The notes below the pieces were generated by a model. The model did no database searches. It worked only from the letters and a program-made list of their open reading frames with translations, and was not told where the DNA came from. From positions 6,803 through 70,802 of the IMG/VR virus record IMGVR_UViG_3300023109_000021: a stretch of 64,000 nucleotides of DNA; one strand, 5' to 3'. Positions 37,299 to 48,021 of this stretch are shown piece after piece; within the stretch, counting starts at the first letter, position 1, and every line of letters begins with the position of its first letter. The position numbers were made by a program, and so were the translations under genes. Origin of the DNA: a virus.

Positions 37299-40181
37299 AT
37301 GTTAACACCTAGATTAACAAATTGTCAGGATTGTCATAAAATTCCTGACTTACTTAAGAGTATAGATTGTAAGCTTGCAGAGCTTGGTAATAACATGTAT
37401 AACAATGTTGTATTCATGTTAGGTCGTGATGTACCTGCTTACACGATTACTCAGTTGATAGCGTATAAACGTATATTAACATTTAAGTATTGTAATCCTA
37501 ATTATGCAGGATCAGTCTGTGTTAATGATATTGCTAGTAAAGTGATTAGATTAACCTCTGGTTGCGTTAGTAGATGTAACGAACCTACAGTATGTGAAAT
37601 TACTACATGTTGTGTAACTGTGGTACCAAACCCAAGCACAACAACTACAAGTACATCTAGTACAAGTACAACAAGTACAACAAGTACGTCTAGTACTACA
37701 ACTACTACAACTTCAATCTTCCCAGATTGTAGAGTGGAAGGATGTTTTGAATTAGTATCTACCTATGAATTAAGCTGTGTTATGTACTCTAATAGTAGTC
37801 AAGATTTTATATACGATGTAAGTAATAACACTACTACTGCAGTTATACTTAACAATAATGAGTATGGAGATTTCTTTGCAAATGCCCACACTAACACAAG
37901 GTTATGGAAGGGTAATATGGGGACAGAAATTGTAGAATGGATTCCTTCAGCTGTAGAAAATGTACTTACTAGAAATAGAACTATAGTATTTAAAGATGGT
38001 GCTATTGGTGTAACTGTGGGTAGTAATGGACGCTGGGTTTATCTAGCTCCAGTAGCAAACAATCTTTTATTAACTACTGTGAGACGTGACATAAGTACTA
38101 ACGAATTAGTTTCTTTAGATATAACTGATGATGTTATATATGCTGATGACATTACAGTATTGTTTGCATTTGATGTATATGCTAAATGTTTAATGTACAC
38201 ATTAGATAATAAAATAATAACTGTAATTAATTCAGATGGATCATCTCAAGGAGATGTTATATTAAAACAATACTCATATCCAGATGGTGCATTAGAAGTT
38301 AGTCAAGTATTATCAGGAATAGATCCAATGGGTCAAGTAAATTTATTCCAAGATGGGGGTAAATTATACTTATCAGAAGAAGGAGGAAATTCATCCGCTC
38401 TAATAGATAAAGTGTATGAAGTTAATTTAACTACATATGCATTAACTTTAGTATGGGACAATGGGCTTGATTATGTAATACAACCATTCCATTCTTCATT
38501 ACAATGTAACGTTAACTCTTTAGGTACTCCTCAGACTACAACCACTACAACCTCCAGTGGTGATCTAGTTGGATGTTTGCAGTTTAATTGGACTAGTAGT
38601 TTAATACAGCAAGCTATATGGCGTGGTCCTGGAGGTCAACCAGTTCCAACTGTTGGTCAAGAATCATTAAAGGTGGGAGTTTTTACAGCATCTGCAGGCC
38701 CAACTACTAATACTACAGGTTATACAAACTGGAATCAAGTTCCAGATGTTGCTTATACTGTAATATTTAATATAGGAGGAGTAGATTATCCAATGACATA
38801 TAGACTAGAGAGTGGTGGTATCGGTTTTGAAGATGTTAATCATGGTTATTTTCATACAAATGCTGGAACGTTAGCAACCCAAAAAGATTTCCAATTTTCA
38901 AAAATAAATCAAGAAGGTGTTGATAATTCAGCAATACTTTCAGTTTTTGATGAGGCAGCTGGTGATTCAGTTTTAGTTACTGCAGCAGGAGACTGTGTTG
39001 CTCCTGATCCAGATATACCAGTTACAGGGAACTCATACTTTACTTTCTGGAGTGATACTTCAGGCTCTATGGATGATACAATATCAGTAACAGCACAGAT
39101 AGCTAGTGTTACAGGTGTAAAAAGTATGGTTTCAGGAACTCAAACAGCAGGGCAAGAGAAGATTAGGTTAGTTTCATCTACTAATGCAAATATTAGAGTT
39201 ACTGAACAGCAAGGTGGTGTCGGTGATACAGCAAGTAAAGCATTTTTATGTATTGTAGATGGTATGGAAGCTATACACCCTTCAATACCTTCAGGAACTT
39301 TTGTTGAATTTGCAGGATATGATTCTTCTACTAATCAACCTACTTTTGATCTTTTGGATAGTGGTGGAAACTCTGTTGCATTAACTGCAGACATTAACGC
39401 AGGAGCTAATGGTGTTATTACTTTTAATCTAACAGATGCTCAGAAATCTATCGATTATGCAAATACATCTAATTTAAGAAACTTACTTCAAGATTTCTAT
39501 GCAACAGGAGGAACTGAAGCAAGTGGAAATACAGACAGAGCTACTAATGGTAGTGATGAGTTTGAAGCTCGTGTATACTGGTGTCATAGTGGTGTAGAAA
39601 GACAAATTTCAATGCTTTCAAATAAAGGCTTGGGAGGCACTATAGATGCAACAGGATATTTCCCTAATGCAGACAGTTTAGTAATTATGGCATTTGGTGA
39701 TGAATCAGGTACAGGATATAATATGGATGGTGACTGGACTACAGGAAGTGCATGGGAAAATAGAGATGTTCTTACAAACGCAAGAATAAAAGAGGACATA
39801 GCAAATTTAAGAGATTTTGTTGAGGATATAGAAACTGCAGCAGGAAACACTAATATATATAGAGCTAAGTTTTTCCATCCAGAAGCTACATCAGGATATA
39901 CTTTCTCAACAATAAAACCTTTAGTTTCACCTACTGGACTTCTTAATGCAGGAATTAATGGTGCAGATGTTCTTACAAGTTATAATGCAGGACAACCTGG
40001 ACAACCTGCTAGCAAATCTGCTAGTGCATACGGTCCTGAACAGAATGTACAAGACTTCCCAAGCGCAAGTCCTGCAAGATTTGCATGGTCAGCGGATCTA
40101 GATAATAGTCCTGCCAATCCACAACAATACTGGTATGATGAAATAAGAAATGCATTAATAGCCTTTGGATATGGAGTTTAG
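37299..40181 (+). CDS. tail hub/fibre protein with Cys-rich N-terminus, Thr-rich linkers and appended domains
   Basis: Helical Cys-rich first ~110 aa, S/T runs and beta-rich domains; possible vWA-like DTSGSM. Confidence 0.65.
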   Translation: MLTPRLTNCQDCHKIPDLLKSIDCKLAELGNNMYNNVVFMLGRDVPAYTITQLIAYKRILTFKYCNPNYAGSVCVNDIASKVIRLTSGCVSRCNEPTVCEITTCCVTVVPNPSTTTTSTSSTSTTSTTSTSSTTTTTTSIFPDCRVEGCFELVSTYELSCVMYSNSSQDFIYDVSNNTTTAVILNNNEYGDFFANAHTNTRLWKGNMGTEIVEWIPSAVENVLTRNRTIVFKDGAIGVTVGSNGRWVYLAPVANNLLLTTVRRDISTNELVSLDITDDVIYADDITVLFAFDVYAKCLMYTLDNKIITVINSDGSSQGDVILKQYSYPDGALEVSQVLSGIDPMGQVNLFQDGGKLYLSEEGGNSSALIDKVYEVNLTTYALTLVWDNGLDYVIQPFHSSLQCNVNSLGTPQTTTTTTSSGDLVGCLQFNWTSSLIQQAIWRGPGGQPVPTVGQESLKVGVFTASAGPTTNTTGYTNWNQVPDVAYTVIFNIGGVDYPMTYRLESGGIGFEDVNHGYFHTNAGTLATQKDFQFSKINQEGVDNSAILSVFDEAAGDSVLVTAAGDCVAPDPDIPVTGNSYFTFWSDTSGSMDDTISVTAQIASVTGVKSMVSGTQTAGQEKIRLVSSTNANIRVTEQQGGVGDTASKAFLCIVDGMEAIHPSIPSGTFVEFAGYDSSTNQPTFDLLDSGGNSVALTADINAGANGVITFNLTDAQKSIDYANTSNLRNLLQDFYATGGTEASGNTDRATNGSDEFEARVYWCHSGVERQISMLSNKGLGGTIDATGYFPNADSLVIMAFGDESGTGYNMDGDWTTGSAWENRDVLTNARIKEDIANLRDFVEDIETAAGNTNIYRAKFFHPEATSGYTFSTIKPLVSPTGLLNAGINGADVLTSYNAGQPGQPASKSASAYGPEQNVQDFPSASPARFAWSADLDNSPANPQQYWYDEIRNALIAFGYGV

Positions 40182-40205
40182 TAAAATCAAAAATTATAGA
40201 TAGAG

Positions 40206-43103
40206 ATGACAATAATAATAACATTAAGTTTTGCAGGTAATGAAACAGGTCCTTTTGACTTGTATTCTAACGTTGATGGATTTACCACACCGTTTAATAC
40301 AACTGGTCCTGTTTCTAAAGCTGATCTATTAGCAGGATTTCAGGTTAATGCACCTGCAGGAACTACTGTTGTTAGATTGGATGACTTAAGTGGTCTTTGT
40401 TTAAATACTGAAACAGATATTTACACTTGTGCTACACCAAATTGTGATTTTGCTGGAGAGATACTTTGTAATATTACAACTACAACTACTACATCTACTC
40501 CACCAACAACTACCACAACAACAAGTTATTTCCCAGATCCATTTGGTATACCATGTTTATGGTCTACTGATGGTGGTAATTCAGGAAGTGTAGCTGTATA
40601 TAACTTTAATACTAACACAAGTACAACTGTATTAGTTCCCAATGACTTTACTGACACAGTAGGTATTGAAAGACCTATTTGTGCTACAGAAGATAAACTA
40701 TGGTTAGCTAGTATAGTTGATCAAGGTTCTAATCCAACTAATGATAATGATGATAAAGTATACATTAGAGAGTGGAATATAGATGGAACTACACCAAATG
40801 CTCCTACATTAACTTATGTAAGAGAGATAACAGTTCCTATGGGACAGACTTATGGACATAATCTGGGAGGAACTTCTGTATGGGCTATGACTGCAATAGA
40901 TAATAATACACTTATTGTTGGAACAGGTAATAGATATGCTCCAGCACCATCAGAAGGTACTGGTGGTAGTAATTCAATTTATGTTTCTGAATTTAGTATT
41001 GCAGCCGTAGGAAACATTATGATTGACTCAAATGATATATCTTCTGAGTGGGCAGCTCATCCAGGAACTAATGCAAGTAAGTTGAGTAACCTTACTTATA
41101 CAAATTCAGGACAACTTGTATTAGGATGGAGATGTGATCTTACCCCTAGTGGAGGTGGTCAGGAATATGCAGTAGGTAATTATTTAGTCGTATTCCCTGT
41201 AACTCCATCTAGTCCTGACTTTAGTATAAACAATCAGGTTATGCCTAGAATATTACTTCAAGATTATGGATTGCCAGAATTTTCAGCAGGTTATAATGGA
41301 CCTAAAGATGTACCTTTCTGGGGTGTAAATGGATTAGCACAAGTTTTACAACCAGAAACTTTAGAGGTATACACAGTAAATCAATCAATTCCTAATAATG
41401 TAACATCCAATACTTTTGTAAATAGTTCAAATAACTGGTTAAGTTCAGCTACAAACTGTTCTAACATTAATTTTATATCAGGTGATCCTGACCCTAATTG
41501 TGGTCTTACTTATTTCCCTAACCTATTTGATGGCGATGGTGGTAGTTCTAATAATAATTACCTAGGACCTCAGACATTTACTTACTTTGGAATGACGTGT
41601 ACAGCAAGTTTATCTAATAACTTAGGTGCTTGGTTTGTAAGCAATACAGATGGTGGTTTCTTAGGATGTAGTGGACTTATGTCACCTGATTCTGAGGGAG
41701 AAGATGTACTTTTAGGTGTACAAGGTAATGACTTTAATATTACAATTAATTTCCCTGTAGCAGTTAATGATATTCCAATTAGAGCTAGTGTTCTAAATAG
41801 TAGTGCAGACGGTACAGGTGGAGATGTATATTATGTAGAAACTAATGGTGGAACTCCAACACTTTCTATAAATCAAGGATGTTTAGTTCAAGTTGATGGT
41901 AATAAACTGTGGGGTGGAATGGTGAATCCTAATTTACCTGGTACTCCTGTTATTAATAATTCTGGAGATGGAGAGTTTAAAGTTACTGCTCTGGCTAACT
42001 ATACATCTATGACTATATATGGTAATGCTCCAACTGGTGGAAAATTATTCTTAGGATGTCGTCCTTTAAATTGCCATAATATGGTATACATAACATATGG
42101 AGGATTGGGTTGTTCTGATCCTGAAGAAGCAGGACGTTGTGTAGCTCCACCAAATGTTCCAGTAGCACAAACTTCTTATCAGCCAATTAAGATATGGAAT
42201 AAAACAACAGGTGCAATTACAGAAGTAGGACCTCCACCAGGTGAAGGTTTTGCTTCTGGCGATATTGGTATAGGTAATAATATACTTGTAGTATCAGCTA
42301 ACTTTAACTATCAAAATCCAGCAGCACCTCCTACAGATCAGTGTTTTATAAAATATAATTATGTTAATGAAGCTGAGGTTCCTACCAATTTAGAATGGGA
42401 TGAGGTAAGATATGTATTACCTCCTGTCTGGGATCAGTTCAATAACGGTTTTATTCCAAACATTGAAGTAATAAATGATAACACAATAGGTTTAACTGTA
42501 AGTACAACAAGTGGTGGTTTTGATCCTTTATATGATACTAGATTCTTAGAGTGTACGTTCCCTGAAAATGGTACAGAAATGATTACTGTAGAAAAGTTTG
42601 CACTTGCTGGAGCAGGTATTAACAATGCTGGTAATGCAGGAGATTTACTAATTACATATAAAGAAGATGGTGTAACACCAAATAAAGTAATAACTGTAGG
42701 ATCTGTAGATCCCTACGTTGTTAATAATGTTATAACTGGTCATCTTGCAGTTCAACAATATGATTATGAAACAGGAGTTTTAGAGGTAAGTACAAGAGCT
42801 GAAGACTTTGGGGTTGAGACTGGAGGAGCAGCAGCTATTGCTCTATTTGACGGAAAACTTTATGTAGGTGCTACTACATGGGCTACAGTAGATCTAGAGC
42901 CTCCATATGCATGGACTGAATTAGTACCTAATGCTCCTGGTACACCTGATGCAGCTGGTGGAGCAAGTCAAATACCTGGATGTAGAATAAGTGATGGATT
43001 TATTGTAGATCCTAATGTATCAACTACAACTACTAGTACTACTCCTAGCCCATCAGGACCCAAGACAATTTGGACATGGTTTGAATCAGAAATAAATCAA
43101 TAA
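40206..43103 (+). CDS. putative tail fibre/decoration protein
   Basis: N-terminal repeated GPFDLYS domain, Thr linkers and two propeller-like domains. Confidence 0.65.
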   Translation: MTIIITLSFAGNETGPFDLYSNVDGFTTPFNTTGPVSKADLLAGFQVNAPAGTTVVRLDDLSGLCLNTETDIYTCATPNCDFAGEILCNITTTTTTSTPPTTTTTTSYFPDPFGIPCLWSTDGGNSGSVAVYNFNTNTSTTVLVPNDFTDTVGIERPICATEDKLWLASIVDQGSNPTNDNDDKVYIREWNIDGTTPNAPTLTYVREITVPMGQTYGHNLGGTSVWAMTAIDNNTLIVGTGNRYAPAPSEGTGGSNSIYVSEFSIAAVGNIMIDSNDISSEWAAHPGTNASKLSNLTYTNSGQLVLGWRCDLTPSGGGQEYAVGNYLVVFPVTPSSPDFSINNQVMPRILLQDYGLPEFSAGYNGPKDVPFWGVNGLAQVLQPETLEVYTVNQSIPNNVTSNTFVNSSNNWLSSATNCSNINFISGDPDPNCGLTYFPNLFDGDGGSSNNNYLGPQTFTYFGMTCTASLSNNLGAWFVSNTDGGFLGCSGLMSPDSEGEDVLLGVQGNDFNITINFPVAVNDIPIRASVLNSSADGTGGDVYYVETNGGTPTLSINQGCLVQVDGNKLWGGMVNPNLPGTPVINNSGDGEFKVTALANYTSMTIYGNAPTGGKLFLGCRPLNCHNMVYITYGGLGCSDPEEAGRCVAPPNVPVAQTSYQPIKIWNKTTGAITEVGPPPGEGFASGDIGIGNNILVVSANFNYQNPAAPPTDQCFIKYNYVNEAEVPTNLEWDEVRYVLPPVWDQFNNGFIPNIEVINDNTIGLTVSTTSGGFDPLYDTRFLECTFPENGTEMITVEKFALAGAGINNAGNAGDLLITYKEDGVTPNKVITVGSVDPYVVNNVITGHLAVQQYDYETGVLEVSTRAEDFGVETGGAAAIALFDGKLYVGATTWATVDLEPPYAWTELVPNAPGTPDAAGGASQIPGCRISDGFIVDPNVSTTTTSTTPSPSGPKTIWTWFESEINQ

Positions 43104-43106
43104 AAT

Positions 43107-44498
43107 ATGAAAGTAACAAAAGAAATAAAAGATAAAATAGATCATATAATAAAAACCTTTGCAAAAGGTAATACGACTATTGTTTCTGTTGGACTAGGTC
43201 AAAAGGTTTCTGCTGGTAAAGTTACAGGAGATGCTGCTATTGTAATTGGAGTTACTGAAAAGAAACCAATTGAAGAATTGTCTTCTGAGGAAATTATACC
43301 AAGTGAAGTTACTGTAGGTAATGAAGTTATTAAGATAGATATAATGCAACAGTCTCCAGTTCAACTCTTTGCTACATGTTCTGATTGTGGAGGATGGAAT
43401 GGATCTAACTCTGGACAATTTACAAACAGACAATTTACTAGACCTTTAAGAGGAGGAGTAACAATGACTTCTATAAACAATACTCCTTCTGTTGGTACAT
43501 TAGGAACATTTGTACAAGATATAGCATCAGGAGCTATAATAGCACTTACTAATAATCACGTAACTATAGAAAATCCTACATACACAAGCGATAGAAACTT
43601 AGCTGCTGCTACTGTAGACAATGATTATGATCCAATAAATAGAATATATCAAGGTACAGAAGCAGTTGGTCAGGTTCAACCTGTTAATGAAGTAGGAATA
43701 AGTTTAAGATATGTTCCAATTCATTTAACTAATACAGGATTTGTTAATCAAGTGGATGCTGCAATATACTCTGTAAACTTTCAAGACATTGAGACTGAAA
43801 GTGTACCTTCATCACAACAATATGCATCATGGCAACCTATAGGTCTTGAAGGTGTAATAACTAATCAAAATCCTCCGTTTGCTACAACAGCTGAATTAGA
43901 TGATATATATAATACAAACCCAGACATTTGGACATCAGGAAGAACTTCAGGATCTAGAGGTAAAGGAGTATGTGGGCACCTAAGAGTGTATCAGGCACCT
44001 GTTGCTTCTAATGTTGCTACTGCCATTGGGACTGCAAGCTACAATGATCTCATTGCTGTAATTCGACCAGACGATACTACTCCAGAATCTCAACAACCAG
44101 GATGTTTAAATCCAGGATTACCAGGAGACTCAGGTTCTGCTGTATATGCTGAATTTGGTGGTGTTAAGAAATTAATAGGTCTACTTTTTGCTGGTACTTG
44201 TAATATGGCAATGATGCCTGCAGAATATAATGGTAACCCATGTTGCTCTGGTACACCAGGATTAAATTCATGTAGTACAATTTTTTATCTTTGTAGAATA
44301 GATAGAATTGCTGAACAGCTAGGGATTGAATGGTGGGATGCTGCAGCTGCAAATCAATACACTGTTAACAAAGATACTATGGAGTATGTAACAGAAGCTG
44401 GAGGAAGCGATCAAAGAACTAAATTCTGTAACGGTAAGTTACATTACCAAGCAGGATTAACTAATACATTAAATAACCCTTGTATACCAACACCTTAA
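43107..44498 (+). CDS. Nal1-like trypsin-fold serine protease
   Basis: Triad motifs TNNHV, VDAA and PGDSGS; GTLG and SGRTSG; N-terminal VGLGQK...IVIGVTEKKP..EL....IIP. Confidence 0.85.
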   Translation: MKVTKEIKDKIDHIIKTFAKGNTTIVSVGLGQKVSAGKVTGDAAIVIGVTEKKPIEELSSEEIIPSEVTVGNEVIKIDIMQQSPVQLFATCSDCGGWNGSNSGQFTNRQFTRPLRGGVTMTSINNTPSVGTLGTFVQDIASGAIIALTNNHVTIENPTYTSDRNLAAATVDNDYDPINRIYQGTEAVGQVQPVNEVGISLRYVPIHLTNTGFVNQVDAAIYSVNFQDIETESVPSSQQYASWQPIGLEGVITNQNPPFATTAELDDIYNTNPDIWTSGRTSGSRGKGVCGHLRVYQAPVASNVATAIGTASYNDLIAVIRPDDTTPESQQPGCLNPGLPGDSGSAVYAEFGGVKKLIGLLFAGTCNMAMMPAEYNGNPCCSGTPGLNSCSTIFYLCRIDRIAEQLGIEWWDAAAANQYTVNKDTMEYVTEAGGSDQRTKFCNGKLHYQAGLTNTLNNPCIPTP

Positions 44499-44512
44499 AA
44501 ATATAAAATATC

Positions 44513-45670
44513 ATGTCAAATAATTGCTCAAATTGCTATAACGGATGTACTGAAGTATCTTCAGACAAATGCGTTAAATATACAGGAGTAGATGTCCCTG
44601 TCTTAGGAATAAAACATGGAGACTCTCTATCGTTTGTAGAACAATCTCTAATAACTTATTTATCATCAACTCTTAATGGGACAGGGGTATTTCCTATAAT
44701 TCCACCATCTATAATATGTCCTACAGTACAGAGTAACTTAGATGATTGTAATCCATTATCTTTAAATAATTATTTAGAGGGCATAATTAAATCATTGTGT
44801 CAAATTGAAGAAACTATAGGTGTTATTCAAGAAGAGGTGCCTACTGATCCATATATACTAGGATGTCTTAGTGTTCCAGGTATCACTGATGACCCTAATG
44901 CTACAAGCACTGATACACAAGCTGTAATACAAGCTGTAATTAATAAGGTTTGTGAAGTTCAGCAGAATCTAAATAACTTTATAACATATGTAAATAATAC
45001 TTTTGTTGCAATTTCAGATATAAATACATACATTGAAAACTACATAAATAATAATCCAACTCAAACTTTAATTAGCAACAGAATGGTTCCCTTTTCTGCT
45101 ACACCATATTTTGGAAGCTTAGGTAACTTTAATGCTTCTGGTGCTGGTATAGGTGATTGGGATAGAATATTTTTATGTAATGGTGCTAATGGAACTCCAG
45201 ATCTTAGAGGAAGAGTTGTTGTAGCATCTACAACAGGAATGCCTGGAGGTGGTGGTCTTGATCCAGCTGTAGTTCCAATACTTGGACAAGTTCCAGAATG
45301 GAGTTTAGGTACTACTAGTGGAGCGTATAGAGTAACGCTAGACTCATCTGAAATACCTCCACATACACATGTTTCAACTGTAACCTCTAGTCTTACTCCA
45401 GAAAGTCATACTCACAAAGTAGTTTCATTAGGGACTGCTAATACTCAAGATCCAGTTCAAACTGACCAACAAATAAGACAAGGTTATTCAACTGGTGGTA
45501 ATTTAGGATACGCAATGAGAGGAACATCTTCTCCAGCTACAAACGGATTAACAAGTGAAGTTACTCAAACTTTAAATGTTGGTGTATCACTAGCAGATAC
45601 AGGAGGTGGACAAGATCATGCTAACTGGCAACCTGGATACGGAGCATATTATATAATTTACATACCTTAA
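44513..45670 (+). CDS. tail fibre protein with tail-collar domain
   Basis: LCNGANGTPDLRGR, TL...EIPPHTH and TGGGQ.H.N.QP.....YII; Cys-rich N-terminus. Confidence 0.82.
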   Translation: MSNNCSNCYNGCTEVSSDKCVKYTGVDVPVLGIKHGDSLSFVEQSLITYLSSTLNGTGVFPIIPPSIICPTVQSNLDDCNPLSLNNYLEGIIKSLCQIEETIGVIQEEVPTDPYILGCLSVPGITDDPNATSTDTQAVIQAVINKVCEVQQNLNNFITYVNNTFVAISDINTYIENYINNNPTQTLISNRMVPFSATPYFGSLGNFNASGAGIGDWDRIFLCNGANGTPDLRGRVVVASTTGMPGGGGLDPAVVPILGQVPEWSLGTTSGAYRVTLDSSEIPPHTHVSTVTSSLTPESHTHKVVSLGTANTQDPVQTDQQIRQGYSTGGNLGYAMRGTSSPATNGLTSEVTQTLNVGVSLADTGGGQDHANWQPGYGAYYIIYIP

Positions 45671-45682
45671 AATAAAAACAAA

Positions 45683-46009
45683 ATGGCATACTTACCTGTA
45701 AACCCTTGCTGCACTGATGTAGTTTTAAATAGCCCTTGTGGATGTACATCAAATTGTAACTGTTCTACAAACTCATGTGGAACAAATGGTCCTCTGTCAA
45801 GCACAGTTGTGTATGATGGTCCTACAACTCCATGTACAAACATAGAAGCTTGTGACACATTGAATGTAGCATTATCAAAAATAGATGCTCTTCTTTGTGC
45901 ATTACAAGTTCAACAAGTTAAAAACACTCAAGAGATTGCTGCAATGAAAGCTCAAATAATTGATATAAATAATCAAATAACAAATATTAATAATAACTGT
46001 TGCTCATAA
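45683..46009 (+). CDS. Cys-rich coiled-coil structural protein
   Basis: Cys cluster; VVYDGP...CDTL..AL.KID resembles VKYTG...GDSL in the preceding gene; heptad tail. Confidence 0.7.
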   Translation: MAYLPVNPCCTDVVLNSPCGCTSNCNCSTNSCGTNGPLSSTVVYDGPTTPCTNIEACDTLNVALSKIDALLCALQVQQVKNTQEIAAMKAQIIDINNQITNINNNCCS

Positions 46010-46011
46010 TT

Positions 46012-46230
46012 ATGACTGTACTTTTAACAATACCTACTATAGGTACCGATGCTGATAACTTTGAACTTTATTCAGATAAAGATAACTTTAGTGATCCTTT
46101 TGAAACAGGTATATCTAGAGCAGATTTATTAATTGGATATACTAGTTCTGTTGTACCAGACTATTCAAGTATAGTAAGAGTTACATCTAGCTTTAAGTGT
46201 ATTAATTCTTTAGATATTACACTACAATAA
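46012..46230 (+). CDS. stand-alone copy of the repeated ~70-aa tail domain
   Basis: FELYSD.DNFSDPFETGISRADLL.GY...VP....VRV.S...C.N. Confidence 0.75.
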   Translation: MTVLLTIPTIGTDADNFELYSDKDNFSDPFETGISRADLLIGYTSSVVPDYSSIVRVTSSFKCINSLDITLQ

Positions 46231-46257
46231 ATTAAAATAAACACAACAATATAAGAT

Positions 46258-47370
46258 ATGTTAATACAAATAACCATAACTATTCCTCCGTCTGGCATTG
46301 CTGGACCGTTTGATTTATTTTCAGATGCAAATGGATATGTTTCCCCTTTTGAAACACAAGTACCAGCTACAGAATTAGAGTCTGGTTATGTTGTAGAACT
46401 TCCTATAGGTGCAACTATTATTAGAGTTTGCTCTGTAGGTGACTGTGAAAATTGTATTGACATACCAACTAATTGCCCAACTACTACAACAACATCATCT
46501 AGTAGTACAACAACTACAAGTACTAGTAGTACATCTACTACTACATCAACTAGTTCAACAACAACAACAAGCACTACAGCACCACCTCCTTATAAGTTTA
46601 ACTGGGAGTTGCGAAGTCAAACTCCATCAACTATAGGAACTGTAAATCTTAAAATAACTGTAGACGGAATATCTGTTGTAAATTCTACAATAACTGTAGG
46701 TAATACTATACAATCTGGTCAATTACTTATCCAAGCTGGAGCTATTGTACAAGCAACTATGACTAATGAAAAAGTTGGATCTTGGGATTTTGGAAACAAG
46801 GTAGTTAAAAATGGAAGTTTATATCAACCAAATGATACATGTAATCCTTGTGTTGATGAATTAATAACTCCACTTTTCCAATCTTATGTAATGGAATCTT
46901 TCGATCAAGACTGGTTTTTCGATGGTGTAATTATAGTTCCAACCACAACTACTACTACAAGTTCTTCAAGTACAAGTACAACAACAAGTACAAGTACATC
47001 TAGTACCACAACTACTACAACTACGTGTGATTGTAGCTTAAATGGTCTTTCTGCGGTATATGTAGTACCACCAACTACTACAACAACAACAAGTTCTAAT
47101 CCAATTGTAGATCCAGGAGCAATATCATCTCAAACAAATCCAAGTATATCAGATTGTTCCTTAGTACTAGATAGTCTTTGTTATATACAACATCAAGCAG
47201 TAGGAACAATAAGTGTAAATGATAGAATATTTAATAATCCTGGAGCTACTAACCCATTTAATGGAAATGGAAACTTTTATAAAATACGACTTAATACAAA
47301 TGCTAGTCAATACTCTGCTAGAGTAAACAGTAGCGGATATATATTAGCTCCAATATCAATATGTTTCTAA
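46258..47370 (+). CDS. tail decoration protein: repeated domain plus three Thr/Ser linkers
   Basis: GPFDLFSD..GY..PFET N-terminus; long S/T runs separate small beta domains. Confidence 0.75.
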   Translation: MLIQITITIPPSGIAGPFDLFSDANGYVSPFETQVPATELESGYVVELPIGATIIRVCSVGDCENCIDIPTNCPTTTTTSSSSTTTTSTSSTSTTTSTSSTTTTSTTAPPPYKFNWELRSQTPSTIGTVNLKITVDGISVVNSTITVGNTIQSGQLLIQAGAIVQATMTNEKVGSWDFGNKVVKNGSLYQPNDTCNPCVDELITPLFQSYVMESFDQDWFFDGVIIVPTTTTTTSSSSTSTTTSTSTSSTTTTTTTCDCSLNGLSAVYVVPPTTTTTTSSNPIVDPGAISSQTNPSISDCSLVLDSLCYIQHQAVGTISVNDRIFNNPGATNPFNGNGNFYKIRLNTNASQYSARVNSSGYILAPISICF

Positions 47371-47387
47371 ATAAAAAAAAATAAACT

Positions 47388-47621
47388 ATGGCAGCATCAA
47401 ATGTAAGAATTAGCTTAACTTCAGCAGGAGTCTGTTCTGGACCTGTAAATATATTTTCAAATGCAGATGGTTTTACAACACCATTTGCAACAGGTATCTC
47501 AATAGCAATATTAACAGGACTCTTTGGTTTTTTAACACCTGTTCCTGCTGGTACAACTATAGTTAGAGTTCAGAACGCAAATCTTAATTGTCAAAATTAC
47601 GAACAAGTACTAATAACATAA
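47388..47621 (+). CDS. stand-alone copy of the repeated ~70-aa tail domain
   Basis: GPVNIFSNADGFTTPFATGIS...VPAGTTIVRV...CQN. Confidence 0.75.
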   Translation: MAASNVRISLTSAGVCSGPVNIFSNADGFTTPFATGISIAILTGLFGFLTPVPAGTTIVRVQNANLNCQNYEQVLIT

Positions 47622-47624
47622 CAA

Positions 47625-47849
47625 ATGACAGGAGCAATACAATTTTCACAACTAGGTGTAGATACAGGACCTTTTTACTTGTACTCAGATGTAAATGACT
47701 ACACAGCACCAATTGAATCAGGTATAACTAGAGATCAATTAATAGCAGGTTATCCAACAGATCAAATACCTGACAATACACAAATTATTAGAGTAGTCTC
47801 TTTTGGAAGCTGTATAAATACTGTAGAAATAATAGTAGAACCTCAATAA
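47625..47849 (+). CDS. stand-alone copy of the repeated ~70-aa tail domain
   Basis: GPFYLYSD..DY..PIESGITRDQLIAGY...IP..T.IIRV.S.G.C.N. Confidence 0.75.
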   Translation: MTGAIQFSQLGVDTGPFYLYSDVNDYTAPIESGITRDQLIAGYPTDQIPDNTQIIRVVSFGSCINTVEIIVEPQ

Positions 47850-47883
47850 TAAAAAGTCTTGTTTTGTTGGTTTTACAAGGCTT

Positions 47884-47915
47884 CTCCTAGGGTGTAATAG
47901 CCCTGGGAGTTTTTT
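47884..47915 (+). terminator. intrinsic terminator ending the fibre cassette
   Basis: CTCCTAGGG...CCCTGGGAG followed by TTTTTT. Confidence 0.8.
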
Positions 47916-47963
47916 ATTTATAACTAAACTAGTTATAAAGAATAACCATCCTTAGTAAATTTA

Positions 47964-47996
47964 TTTGTAATATCCAAAATAAATTTCATATCTTTA
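47964..47996 (+). promoter_or_regulatory. variant promoter (TTTG-N21-TATCTTTA)
   Basis: Bacteroidota-like boxes upstream of ATG 48022; palindrome TTATAACTA-AAC-TAGTTATAA just upstream. Confidence 0.45.
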
Positions 47997-48021
47997 CCAT
48001 ATTTAACTAAACCCACACCTT

